DNA of 64,000 nt from Lingula anatina (Eukaryota > Animalia > Brachiopoda). The DNA lies in assembly GCA_051362555.1 (NCBI GenBank), contig CM120641.1, forward strand, positions 33,858,401 to 33,922,400, in the 5' to 3' direction. Below the pieces are notes generated by a model. That model did no database searches. It was not told the origin of the DNA and saw only the letters and a program-made list of their open reading frames with translations. The position numbers were made by a program, and so were the translations under genes. Positions 12,468-64,000 of this stretch are shown here, piece after piece (the stretch's first letter is position 1; every line of letters starts with the position of its first letter).

Positions 12468-15400
12468 AAAAAAAAATTGTCTGATGCTATTGTCCTAGAA
12501 TACTACAAACCATCCAAACCTTTCATAAGATGGGTGACAATTATTTATTATAAGTTATATATTATAAGTAAAACTGGGTCTTTTAGCTCTATTAATACAA
12601 TCCAAAAGTGACTTGCATACTTCATATGTGTGCTCTACCTGTTGTTTGAACTAATGAAAATAAAAGTAAATAATAAGTTCAACACTGTTACTTTTGGTCT
12701 GAGTGCTTTAGTTTGTGCTGATTAATTGTATACTGTGTGAGGAAAAAAAACAAAGAATTGAAAAACAGTGAAAATAAATACCATTTAAACCAGACACTGA
12801 TCAGTTACATGCCTTTTACCATTTGATTACATCTTGTTGCAATGAAAATATTTTTAAAAGGTTATTATAAATGAAATGGTCAAAAACTATCCAATATAAC
12901 TAACAGATTAGCAAAGTCAATGTTAATCAAAAAAGAAAACCATTTAAAAGAAGAGCTATTCCTCATTTCTTTTCCCCACCAATAATAATTTCCCACTTGC
13001 AAAACCTTTTCATTTCATCATGTCTCACACACAAAAAAATCAGACAACAAGGCTGACACAATTACAGACCAAACCTGTGAGCCAGAGAAGACCATGAGTG
13101 CAGTTTTAAAAATCAATACAAGTGCAAAGGATTGAGACAAAGAAGTGTTTCAAAATAATTTCATTTAGTCCAGTTCCACCAAAATATATTTTTTTCCAGC
13201 ATATTACAATACAAGATCTGCCAGTAAATGTTAAGTTAGACAAATTTCATAATTGATTGTTAAGGAGTAAACAATGCAAAAACAAGTGCTGAAGAGACGA
13301 TTAATGCAACTTGTGATTATGACATGGACAGACAGATAATCAGAACATTTATAGACACTATATAAAAACCAAATGCAGCTCCTTCCTGAACTGTCTCGAA
13401 TTAAGTTTGCTAGGAATGCAAGTGGTAAAAATTACAGAGGGCAAAAGATGTTAAAGATGTGCATTTAATATAGCACTGTGAAATGGCCAACAAACAAAAT
13501 TAAAAGACTTGATCTTCAATACAAGTCACAGTGACACATGTACACACCAGTTAATCTTGGCTCTTTCTTGCTTTATTTCATCCTCAGTGCCTCCCTTGAT
13601 TAACAATTCTTCTTTTTCTTTATCTAAGTCAGACCGTAGGGAGGCCAGCTCCTACAAAAGAGAAATAGAACAAAATATTTTCTTACTTTATTCTATACAT
13701 CTAGTATTTCAATTTGCAGCAAGGTAAACCATAAATGAGCAGAGCCATTAAAGGCCATTTTCTCTTAACTCAGAGCAATTCCCATGCATTCATAATCTAA
13801 GTGTAAATCTTCAACCTTTATAATGCAATTTTGAATTAAATATCACGGGAAGCTAAAATTATTCATTGTTATCAAAACAAATACAAGTTTTGATGCATTT
13901 TCTTTGGCATTACAAACACTAGAGCACAGAAGAATCACAGCAGGTCAGCATCACTTCATTGACTCCTTGGGGCCTAAACCTGTGCCAGTTGTACTACATG
14001 TAAGTACTGTTTTAACTCTGCAAAACGTGTACATACAAACTCTAGCCATGACATATGGAGCCAGTTGCCATTCTGCTGTCTAGCCCTCCAACACTGGTAA
14101 TCACATACAGTGCCCAGTGATGAGAAAATATAATCACACTTTTCAAAACAGATAATATGGTATAGCTAGAGTCCATCTGGACAGTTAAAGTGACTTGAAA
14201 CATTTTTTTTAATAATAAGAACTTCATATTTTTAACATTACCGTGTCTAGATCTTTGAGTTCACTTTCTCTTTTATTGCAGAGTTCCATTCTTCTATCTA
14301 GATAGCCTTCAATTTCTTCAACCTTACAAAACAAAACAAAATGGTCTTGCTAAACAGGAACATGGACAAATCAACTAGAACTGTTCTGAAAATTTTCTGG
14401 CATTCTTTTCAAAATGCTTAATAAATAAAAAAATTCAGAACAGGTAAATGTAACAGTTACTTATCAATATTAATTATAAAATTTATCAACAGCATTTTGT
14501 TTTACAAGAAATAGTCTACAAGACTGGCCGAACTCTGCAGGGATTCCTACTGGGTGCAATTAGCTTTTCAGATATTCGGCTTTTGTAGAATAGAGAAAAG
14601 CTGGTTATTTTAATTCAATTTAGTTATTTTAAAAGTACACGAGAAACAAGAAGAAGCATGTCATTCAGTAAGCTGATTGCACTTAGCGAGAGTCCCATCA
14701 GAGTTGGGTCGATCTCCGTAGTCTGATGATGTGTCTGTGGAATGGGGTCTAATTGTTAAGAGTGTTAATACTTAAGTTACAAAAAATTTTACATGAATGC
14801 TAAGTTTTAATTAAAAAAGGATTTACAAATAACCTCTTTTTCATAATCAATAAGATTCTTTTGTCTTTGAGCAATTTCATCTTCCTTTTCCAACAATTTC
14901 TGTTCCATAGCAAGAACTTCCTTCTGTCGCTCCACCAGATCATGGTTTGCTTCAATATCCTTAATTTCACTTTCAATCTGTTCTTTCTTCTGGTTCCTTT
15001 TAAATAAATGTTATGTAACAGATTAAAATGTTGTATTCCCTGTCTTTTAACTGCAACTGAATTTGAGAAATAAGGCTTGTAATAATCTTTTCCAGCTTTA
15101 AATATATTTCAAATGTTCCATTTTCATCCTAAGTTAAAAATGCTGACTAGACAAGATGTAAACAGACTAACCAAAGCAACAAAATCAGACCTTCTTGTAC
15201 TAAGTATAAATTAAAGCAAAAGGAGGTACATTTTGGTACAAAACATTCCATAAAATAAGAGAATTGTTTTGAAACCACGGTTTTCTTTTAAAACTAATGA
15301 AGTCAAAATATCTCAAAATGGTATGTTTAAATTAAATAATGGTATCAATTATAATATGTGTGATGTAAAAAAAATCACAAAATTCACTTCAAAACAGAAT

Positions 15401-18400
15401 TCAACTGACAAAAAATAAATGAAATATCTTAAATAAAACTAAATGTAATGGATGTTTGTTTTTTAATCTATCCAAATTATGCTAAAACGTAAAAGGAAAG
15501 GAAAAGTGGTTAAATTTGTGGATGTGTGGTTCTTACTTTTTTGCCTGGAGCTGCTGGTCAAGCTCATCTAACTCTAATGCTGCCAGCTGTTTCTGATCCT
15601 CCACATTCTGCTTAAGCTGAGATATCTGAAATAAGAAATACAAAAAAAATGACTTCTTTTTAAAGGTTAAAGAGCAGGTATGTTGGTTTAAGTGTTTAAG
15701 TCTGAGTCATAAACCAGATTTTGGTTTGCCGGTTTCTTACTCATACATGCACACCTGTGGCCTCTTTTAAAGTAAGAATGCTTTAGAAAAAAATGTCAGG
15801 TTGATGCTGTTTGTTAACCATGACTGCATGATGCATACTAACTACTGAATTTTAATTCACAGGTAAACAACTCTCTCTCTCTCTCTCTCTCTCTCCACAA
15901 TCTATGAACACAAAAATTAATTATATATATATAATAACCTCAAAAAATATATACCTCTTCATTACACTGTTTTCTGAAAGACTCTAGCTGAAGATTCAGC
16001 TCTTTCATTTGCTGCCTGAACAACCTGCGACACTCTTCCAACTCCTCTTCCTCGTGATACAGCTGAAATTGCAATGGCTAATATACCATTTGACATAGAA
16101 CTTTCATACACCTGACTTTCAAGTTGACTTGACTTTTAAGTTTTCAAACAATGGGAAATTACTTCATATTTCATAATAATTCTGATGACTCAAAAGTTTC
16201 AATTCTGTACTTTATCATAACACCTGGGAACCAGAAACACAAAAATTGGACTTAAGAAATGTACATGTTAGTTTTAACTTAAAAAAAAACTCATGCAATT
16301 TCATGAAACTAATTACCTGTGAATGTTGTTCATCTATTCTATTGGCTGTATTTTCTTCTTCCCTGGACAGGCTCTCATTTTGTTCACCATCCATTTTCAG
16401 TTGATGAGATTCAAACTCGAAGGTTTGGTTATTCTCCAGGCAAAATTGAACATGCTTGTTGCCTGCAGTCTAGTAAAAAGAATTATTGAAATATTCAATG
16501 AACTACATGACAGTCAACAATTAAAAACATGAACTCTCTGTTGAAAATAACTTCAATAATCACCTGATCATCTATCTTTGTTATGCAGTGAACATCTCAA
16601 TGTGATCCATGAATTCAACTGGCAAGAAGTCAGAGAGACCACACAAATACATCACAACCCTTCACAACCAGACTATCACTTATGGCACTATTATGTGTTC
16701 AGCCCACTTATATCAATACTCAAAGTTTACTGCTGTCATTTACGGGGTGTTGACTTTCTTTGATAGCGATACTTGAAGGTACCCTGCTTAAAGCTGTTAA
16801 ACAAATATTCTTCTTTTGTTAAAATTCAAATGTACTACGATATGGTTCAGTGTTGAAGTTACTTCAATGACATCAGCTGGAAAGGCTATTGAAAAGAAGT
16901 GAATTAGCCTGTCAGATACAGAGTGAAACATGCATTATTTTAAATGTTTGAAAGGCAAGTTTGTATTTTGCTTAGTGACATCAGTGTATTTTGAAGAGTG
17001 ATAAATACACACACACATTTTCTTGTAACTTAACAAATCCTATCATTAGAAATACCTTAGATAAGCTAAGATATAGATAAGATATAAAAGAAATCATTCC
17101 AATGAAATAAACACAAAAATTTAAATCAGAGTTTTTTGCAATCTATCATTTTAATGTGTATTGAGTAATTCTCACATAATGTGGCTACATGTACATGTTA
17201 CTGTAGCTTAAATAATTAAAATGCATTTTTTATTATTTAGGTTAAATTCTCACTCCTACATTTTCAAAAATAGCAAATCAAAGCCAAGGACAGTAGCTCA
17301 ATTGTTTTTATTCAGATCTCAGCTCATTTGACCTACACACCAAATTAAATTTTTCTTATAAAAAACTCATTGCTCAACCCATTTCTGCCTTTGGATTCAA
17401 TATTTAAGTAAGTATTTAACTAAGTTTTATAAATGAATCTTCATATACTCATTATATAGTCCTTGTGGCATTTCAGAAGGAAATACTGATACCAGGTACT
17501 TTTATTTTAGGGATTCTTTTTTTAAACTTCTTTTTATTCTTTCCCTTTTTTCTCTCTCTTTATCTATGTTGTTATTTAGGTCTGCATTGGGAAACATTTT
17601 TAAACATGTACAGTATACCTTTTATATACATGTCCCCTAAAACTTTGCTGTATGCCTACTTGTGCTTTTCTTAAGACTTTATATGAATTATTATCACTTT
17701 TTTCAAGAGCAGCTTTCCTTTTTTTCCTTTTATTTTTGGTTAGGTAGATAATTTTCACTCATTTATTTTTTTCCTTATTGACTCAATGCTGATTTATTGT
17801 CATTTTCTTCACTAATTTTTGTCCAAGTTTAGCTTATATTAACTGCACACCTCAGGCATGGGCTAAGTAACACCTGCACCTTCACTTCTAAAAAAAAGAA
17901 CTTAATAGTTGTTTTGAAGAAACTATTATAGTAACTGAGCTAAGTGTTATATCACAGCTGCTAAAATTCTTTACTGGATACATACTTGTTTGCACTATCT
18001 CCCACCAGATAGTATAATATTTAAAAAGAAATTCATTTGGTTAAATTTTATTGTAAAATTTTACGTGTCACTGACATGTGCAGCTAAGTCTTCACACAAA
18101 TCTTTTTGTTTTTGTTATTTTCATTAATTTTAATAAGAAAATAAAATACAGAATCATTTTGAAATAAAATACAAAACATTTATATTATTAAGCACTAAAA
18201 TTTTTACATAAATAATGAACTTTGAGTAAGAATACATGGCATAAACATTTTTCTATAAGATTTTAATAAAAAATTCACTATCAGACAAAAACTTTATATG
18301 AAGCTTGCTTAAACTTTTAGGAATGATTTGATTCAACTGTTAATGAGCTGCAAGATATGTTTTTTGTTTTTGTTTTTTTTTTTTTTTTTTTTTTTTGCTT

Positions 18401-19080
18401 TGATTAGAGGGCTTAAAGATATGCATCATACGGTCAGATCAGGAAAATCCTCAACAAAATGCTTCAATCTTTTAAAACATATTCTGTATCTTACTTCTTG
18501 CCAAAAAGGGAACTACTCATTGTTTTTTATTCTACTGCTAAAAATGTGTAACCACATAACAATCAACCACTTTTATGTTTGATAACAAAGTATGATAAGA
18601 TACCAGCTGTACAATGGAATCTATATACCAGTACACTAATTAGTATGCAGGCTTGTAGGCAGAAAGGTGGATGGGGGGGGGGGGGGGGTCAGGGTTTCTA
18701 ACCAACCATTCTTTTAGCTGGGAAAAGGTCTGCTCAAACTCAAATTATGATCTAGGATAAACTAGAATTCATAATAAACAAAACAATCAGGTTTTGTGTT
18801 AAAAAGAACCTCCTCTTTGAAAATACTGGATACAAGCCTTCATTGTCTACACAAGTAACATCCCATAGATAAACAGTTACTGTATATGCCCAAGAAACAT
18901 GTTTTGCATTTCTGATAACAAACTTGTCTGGGCTTTCCTCTCTTGCATTCCTATGATTATCATTAATTTTATCATAATATTTTTCACTGACAGTTCAAGG
19001 GTCTGTAGATGCCTACACAATAATGCAAAGCATGCAAATGATAGAAGATTTGGTGAAACTAACTATAGAAGTCAGTTTGT

Positions 19081-19125
<45 letters not shown>

Positions 19126-20535
19126 ACAACCCAATAAATATAGGCAGATGGAAACTTCACTTGGTAGATGAGAGGTTAGGAGGAATGTGTACCTTAAAGA
19201 GAATGCTGTATTTGAATAATGTGATTGTAAATTTAAAAAACAATGTAAAAAGGTGTTTTTGAACCTGTAAGCCTGAACTCACTAAGAACTTACAATAAAC
19301 AAGACCAAACTGGAAAAATACAAATAAATAGTTTTCATTAAAAGTGCACCATGAATAACGCAAGGTTATCTATACATAGAACAACAAATGATTTTGAAAT
19401 TGTGCGTTAATACAGCAAAGGCATTTCCGATGCAGCCTCTCGATAAATAGAGGCGCAGATCAATGTGTAACGGTGCATGTGTTAAAATGTAACGCTATCC
19501 AACTTATTTTCACCACGCTCGGCTGTCACCTTGATTGGATAGTAAACGGTTGTCGTAAAATCGCTAAAAGATATTAAAACCCGGTGCATAAACTTGAAAA
19601 CCACCTAGGACAACCTCAGACTGCCACATTAATCCAATACAATGCAAAAATAAACTATAACAAGTGGTTAAAGCCTTCAAACCGAATGTCGTAAAGTCCC
19701 CATATACCTCCATAGAGACAATAAAATATAGTCAGCTTGTGAAACAAGATAAATCCAGTTCCAACATAATAATCGAAATAAAATACTGCCGGGCATCGGA
19801 GCGGCCTAAAACTTGGCACGCTTACCGCTAATACTGCAGGCTACATCATCCCGTCGCTCGTTTGTAAATTCCGTGCATGGCATACGCACAATCAAACCGT
19901 ATATCCAAATTGCACCTCTGATGTTTGAATTAGTCCTCTACGCTATTCAAATCAAGAAGTGACGTAACCGCAGAGGTCACCGTACACCGGGCTTACGAAA
20001 AATAAGCCATGCCATTGGACAATGCGACCTCTGCGGTTACGTCACTTCTTGATTTGAATAGCGTAGAGGACTAATTCAAACATCAGAGGTGCAATTTGGA
20101 TATACGGTTTGATTGTGCGTATGCCATGCACGGAATTTACAAACGAGCGACGGGATGATGTAGCCTGCAGTATTAGCGGTAAGCGTGCCAAGTTTTAGGC
20201 CGCTCCGATGCCCGGCAGTATTTTATTTCGATTATTATGTTGGAACTGGATTTATCTTGTTTCACAAGCTGACTATATTTTATTGTCTCTATGGAGGTAT
20301 ATGGGGACTTTACGACATTCGGTTTGAAGGCTTTAACCACTTGTTATAGTTTATTTTTGCATTGTATTGGATTAATGTGGCAGTCTGAGGTTGTCCTAGG
20401 TGGTTTTCAAGTTTATGCACCGGGTTTTAATATCTTTTAGCGATTTTACAACAACCGTTTACTATCCAATCAAGGTGACAGCCGAGCGTGATTTTCACAG
20501 CCAATTAATCCTCACCTTTGCTTCACAGCTGCCAT
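10111..20535 (-). CDS. Uncharacterised ~507-aa coiled-coil protein with N-terminal RVxF-type motifs and a C-terminal CaaX box (CMVM)
   Basis: Phase-consistent exons on the - strand: 20535-20516 (MAAVKQ, tentative), 18986-18881 (tentative), 16469-16317, 16062-15955, 15625-15537, 14996-14834, 14322-14242, 13651-13548, 10810-10111. The middle is E/K/Q/L-rich heptad sequence, followed by a Ser/Arg-rich tail ending SSTCMVM*. The last seven exons are well supported; the first two less so. Confidence 0.8.
11502..11665. mobile_element. Small hAT-like MITE
   Basis: TIRs CAGGGATGAGA / TCTCATCCCTG; flanks TATAAC / TATAAG (possible 6-bp TSD with one mismatch). Confidence 0.6.
11693..11914. mobile_element. 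Palindromic PIF/Harbinger (Tourist)-like MITE
   Basis: Imperfect whole-element hairpin (TTCCCA...TGGGAA; CTAAATTGCATT...AATGCAATTTAG), TTA on both flanks; related to 47834-48047 and ~14512-14749. Confidence 0.65.
12692..12732 (-). CDS. Candidate 41-nt alternative exon (YTINQHKLKHSDQK) of the coiled-coil gene
   Basis: Strong pyrimidine tract plus CAG acceptor, GTAAC donor, open frame; same entry and exit phases (0 in, 2 out) as exon 13651-13548. Confidence 0.35.
14512..14749. mobile_element. Truncated, diverged copy of the Harbinger-like MITE family
   Basis: The end TGGAATGGGGTC+TAA matches the reverse complement of the 47834 terminus; internal inverted pair GTGCAATTAGCT / AGCTGATTGCAC. Confidence 0.5.
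18649..18839. mobile_element. Degenerate MITE with a G-run
   Basis: Short TIRs AGGCTTGTA / TACAAGCCT around a poly-G tract. Confidence 0.4.
19079..19122. repeat. (TTTA)n tetranucleotide microsatellite
   Basis: About 10 visible units. Confidence 0.9.
19514..20490. mobile_element. Foldback-type non-autonomous DNA transposon: 465-bp inverted arms, 47-bp spacer, 8-bp TSD
   Basis: 19514-19978 is the reverse complement of 20026-20490 with one mismatch seen (19554/20450); ATTTTCAC is directly repeated at 19506-19513 and 20491-20498. Confidence 0.92.
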
Positions 20536-20954
20536 CGTTTTGTACACAAACACATCCTTCAGAAGGTTCCATATCATAACACATGTGCAACAGACGTGAC
20601 AACCGTCAGTTGCAACCCCATAACAGCCCTGTTGTCTCCTACATCCCTGGGGAAATCGACATGTTTACATCGGAAGTCACAGCTGTCATGGTGTTAAAAA
20701 CGGGATTACGCTGCATCGATGCAACTTTTATTTAATGTAGGCATCAAATTGGTCATTAATGTTATCAGATGGATCTTTTGAAGACAAATCATTACCTAAT
20801 GCTCTTTTCAGTATTGTTTTAGAAATCTGTATGGATTTTCAAAAGACGCAAGTGCTTTAAATGGAAAATATTTGTTTTATAGTTTAGCTCTTCTTGCCAA
20901 AATGGAATTGTGGGAAGGACACTTGTTTTCAAAATGGCAGACTGAGATTTGACG
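20536..20954. promoter_or_regulatory. Candidate bidirectional promoter / 5' UTRs between the head-to-head coiled-coil gene and ASPP
   Basis: Divergent start codons ~420 bp apart; CpG locally retained; ETS-type CGGAAGT (20671), palindrome GCATCGATGC (20713), YY1-like CAAAATGGC (20930). Confidence 0.55.
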
Positions 20955-58200
<37,246 letters not shown>

Positions 58201-59371
58201 ACATGACATACTTCACTAGTCTGGCAGATGAGGACTGGAATGGAAGATTTGTTCATCCATTCACTTGCTAGGCTCTACTAAAAAAATTAATAGGACAATC
58301 ATACCATTGGAACAAGAAATGATTTAACGGAGAAAAAAAATGTTATTCATTTTCAACCTTATTATTCATATTTAAATACGCTTCACTTTTAGTGCAATAT
58401 ATGTGCATCAGAATGCCATAAATACTACATTTTGAGGGATTAATATTGATTCATCAAAGTATCGCTTGAATTTTAATGTATTTTTCATTGCCTATTTCTG
58501 TTTTGGTTGAGGACAATTATTTAACAAAATTATTCACAAATAAGATTTATAAGTCATACAACCGTCCACTAAGATAAAATTCAATTTAACATGTCTGCAG
58601 CAAGGTGATATTGAAAAAAATATTAAGGGATGTCAATTTTTAAACCAAGTCATATATAAGATTGTTGACTGTTTGCAAGTGTTAAGTGAAAGATACAATT
58701 GTACATAAAGATATTTTACTACAATGCATGCTGATCTAACAATAAATAATGATTTATTTATGTCCAATGTTGTTGGGTCGTTTCATTCTAAAATGAAAAG
58801 GAATATGTACAGAAATACACCATAATTTCAAGTAAAAATGAACCATGTTGTAATAAGTTTGGTCCATTTGGTCAACAGCTGCAAAATAAAGTTTACATTT
58901 TGTTTTCTGAGCAATTAAAATCCATTCTTGTTAAATCAAATCGAAATTTTGTCTTTGTTAGCATTGAACTGTTTTGAGATTTTGACTTATCCTAAATTTT
59001 AATATATTACAGTAAATTGACAGAACAAGTTTTTTCTAAATTTTATTTACAAATCTCGCATCATTCAGAAGTATTCTGACCACATTGTGACTGGTGACCA
59101 TTTCTCAACTGTGTTAATGACTGTAAAGAGTAGCAATGATCACAATATTTGAAATGCATTACTTTTCCCTTTTCAAGATGGCTCAAGTGGTAAAAGATTA
59201 CATTCAGTGAAAGCAGCCAAAAGAATGCTTTACTGCTGTACAGAAAACTCATAAATAGCTCCTGCAGTGAAAATGGCCTACTTCACAGATCTTTATGTCA
59301 ATATGATTTGAAGTTTAACAAACCGCAGCCTATTGGAACAGTTAAGTTTCTGATAAGTTCACATCATTTCA

Positions 59372-63409
<4,038 letters not shown>

Positions 63410-64000
63410 CTGAAAAATGTAGAAAAAGAAAATAATTTCCTTCTTCAAAATACGACATTCAAATATATAAAAAACATCCTGAATGCACTTGGTATGTCAG
63501 CGTATGTTTCCCACAAAGAAACAACTCTCAAATGATCACATGGGCCAGGCAACTTCAAATGTACACGATTCTGCACAATAGTTTGTATCGTGGCAGGTGA
63601 AAATCGTGCATCAAGATCTGACCTACTTCACACATTTAGATGTCTGTTAATGGTGGTCTTCAAATACTGTGTGATTTCACAGCAGCATAATTGTTAGAAG
63701 AGCTTTATATGATTCTGACCTTATTCACACAGCAGTCAACAGCAAGACTGGTTGCTTTTTAACATTGTGCGACTAGGAGGCAAGAGGTGAGCAAATTATT
63801 TGACAGCTTCTGACACATACCCAAGTCGCCAGCTGGTTGTCATTTCATATTTATTTGCACCAATTTTTTTTTCATTAGTATATCATAGTATACATCCATA
63901 AATATTAATAGGAGTGCTTACACATAAAACTTCATGCCAGATACAACCTTGAACATAAACAAATTTATGAATGAATACAGTTTATTTCAATTCTTAAACT

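Noticed and set aside
19514-20490. Inverted repeat as a pure assembly fold-back artefact
   Set aside because: The exact 8-bp direct repeat at both outer edges, the unique 47-bp spacer and the arm mismatch favour a real insertion; read-level confirmation is still needed.
10111-20535. Coiled-coil + CaaX gene beside KNTC1 might be Spindly (the farnesylated Rod partner) or a lamin
   Set aside because: No CC1 box (AAxxG) or GNSLFAEV Spindly motif, and no intermediate-filament end motifs (LNDRL, YRKLLEGEE) or Ig-like tail in the reconstructed protein.
20516-20572. Alternative start MEPSEGCVCVQNDGSCEAK for the coiled-coil gene
   Set aside because: It is phase 0 and could join exon 16469 directly, so it is not excluded. 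I preferred ATG 20535 for its stronger context and its frame fit with exon 18986-18881; sequence alone cannot decide.
63556-63612. Hairpin ending in ACA on the - strand in a PSMC6 intron (possible H/ACA RNA)
   Set aside because: No ANANNA H box at the expected place and no convincing 5' hairpin.

Overview
AT-rich, intron-rich animal genomic DNA; the repeat types suggest a mollusc-like invertebrate, but this is inference. Four spliced protein-coding genes can be rebuilt by hand from splice sites and reading-frame phase. (1) The 3' part of KNTC1/Rod (+, 1-8468). (2) An unnamed ~507-aa coiled-coil protein with N-terminal RVxF-type motifs and a C-terminal CaaX box (-, ~20535-10111). (3) A complete ASPP-family gene (+, 20955-58200), head-to-head with gene 2, with several candidate alternative first exons in its 12-kb intron 4. 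(4) PSMC6/Rpt4 (-, 63409-59372; first exon not found in the window). The most notable non-coding signals are three box C/D RNAs of the SNORD97 type, one in each of three PSMC6 introns, all with a guide for the elongator tRNA-Met anticodon, and a near-perfect 977-bp foldback element (465-bp arms, 8-bp target-site duplication) beside the shared promoter. The window also holds two Helentron/HINE-type elements with satellite arrays, Sola-like elements, several MITE families and simple repeats. No databases were searched; all homology calls are from recalled sequence similarity.
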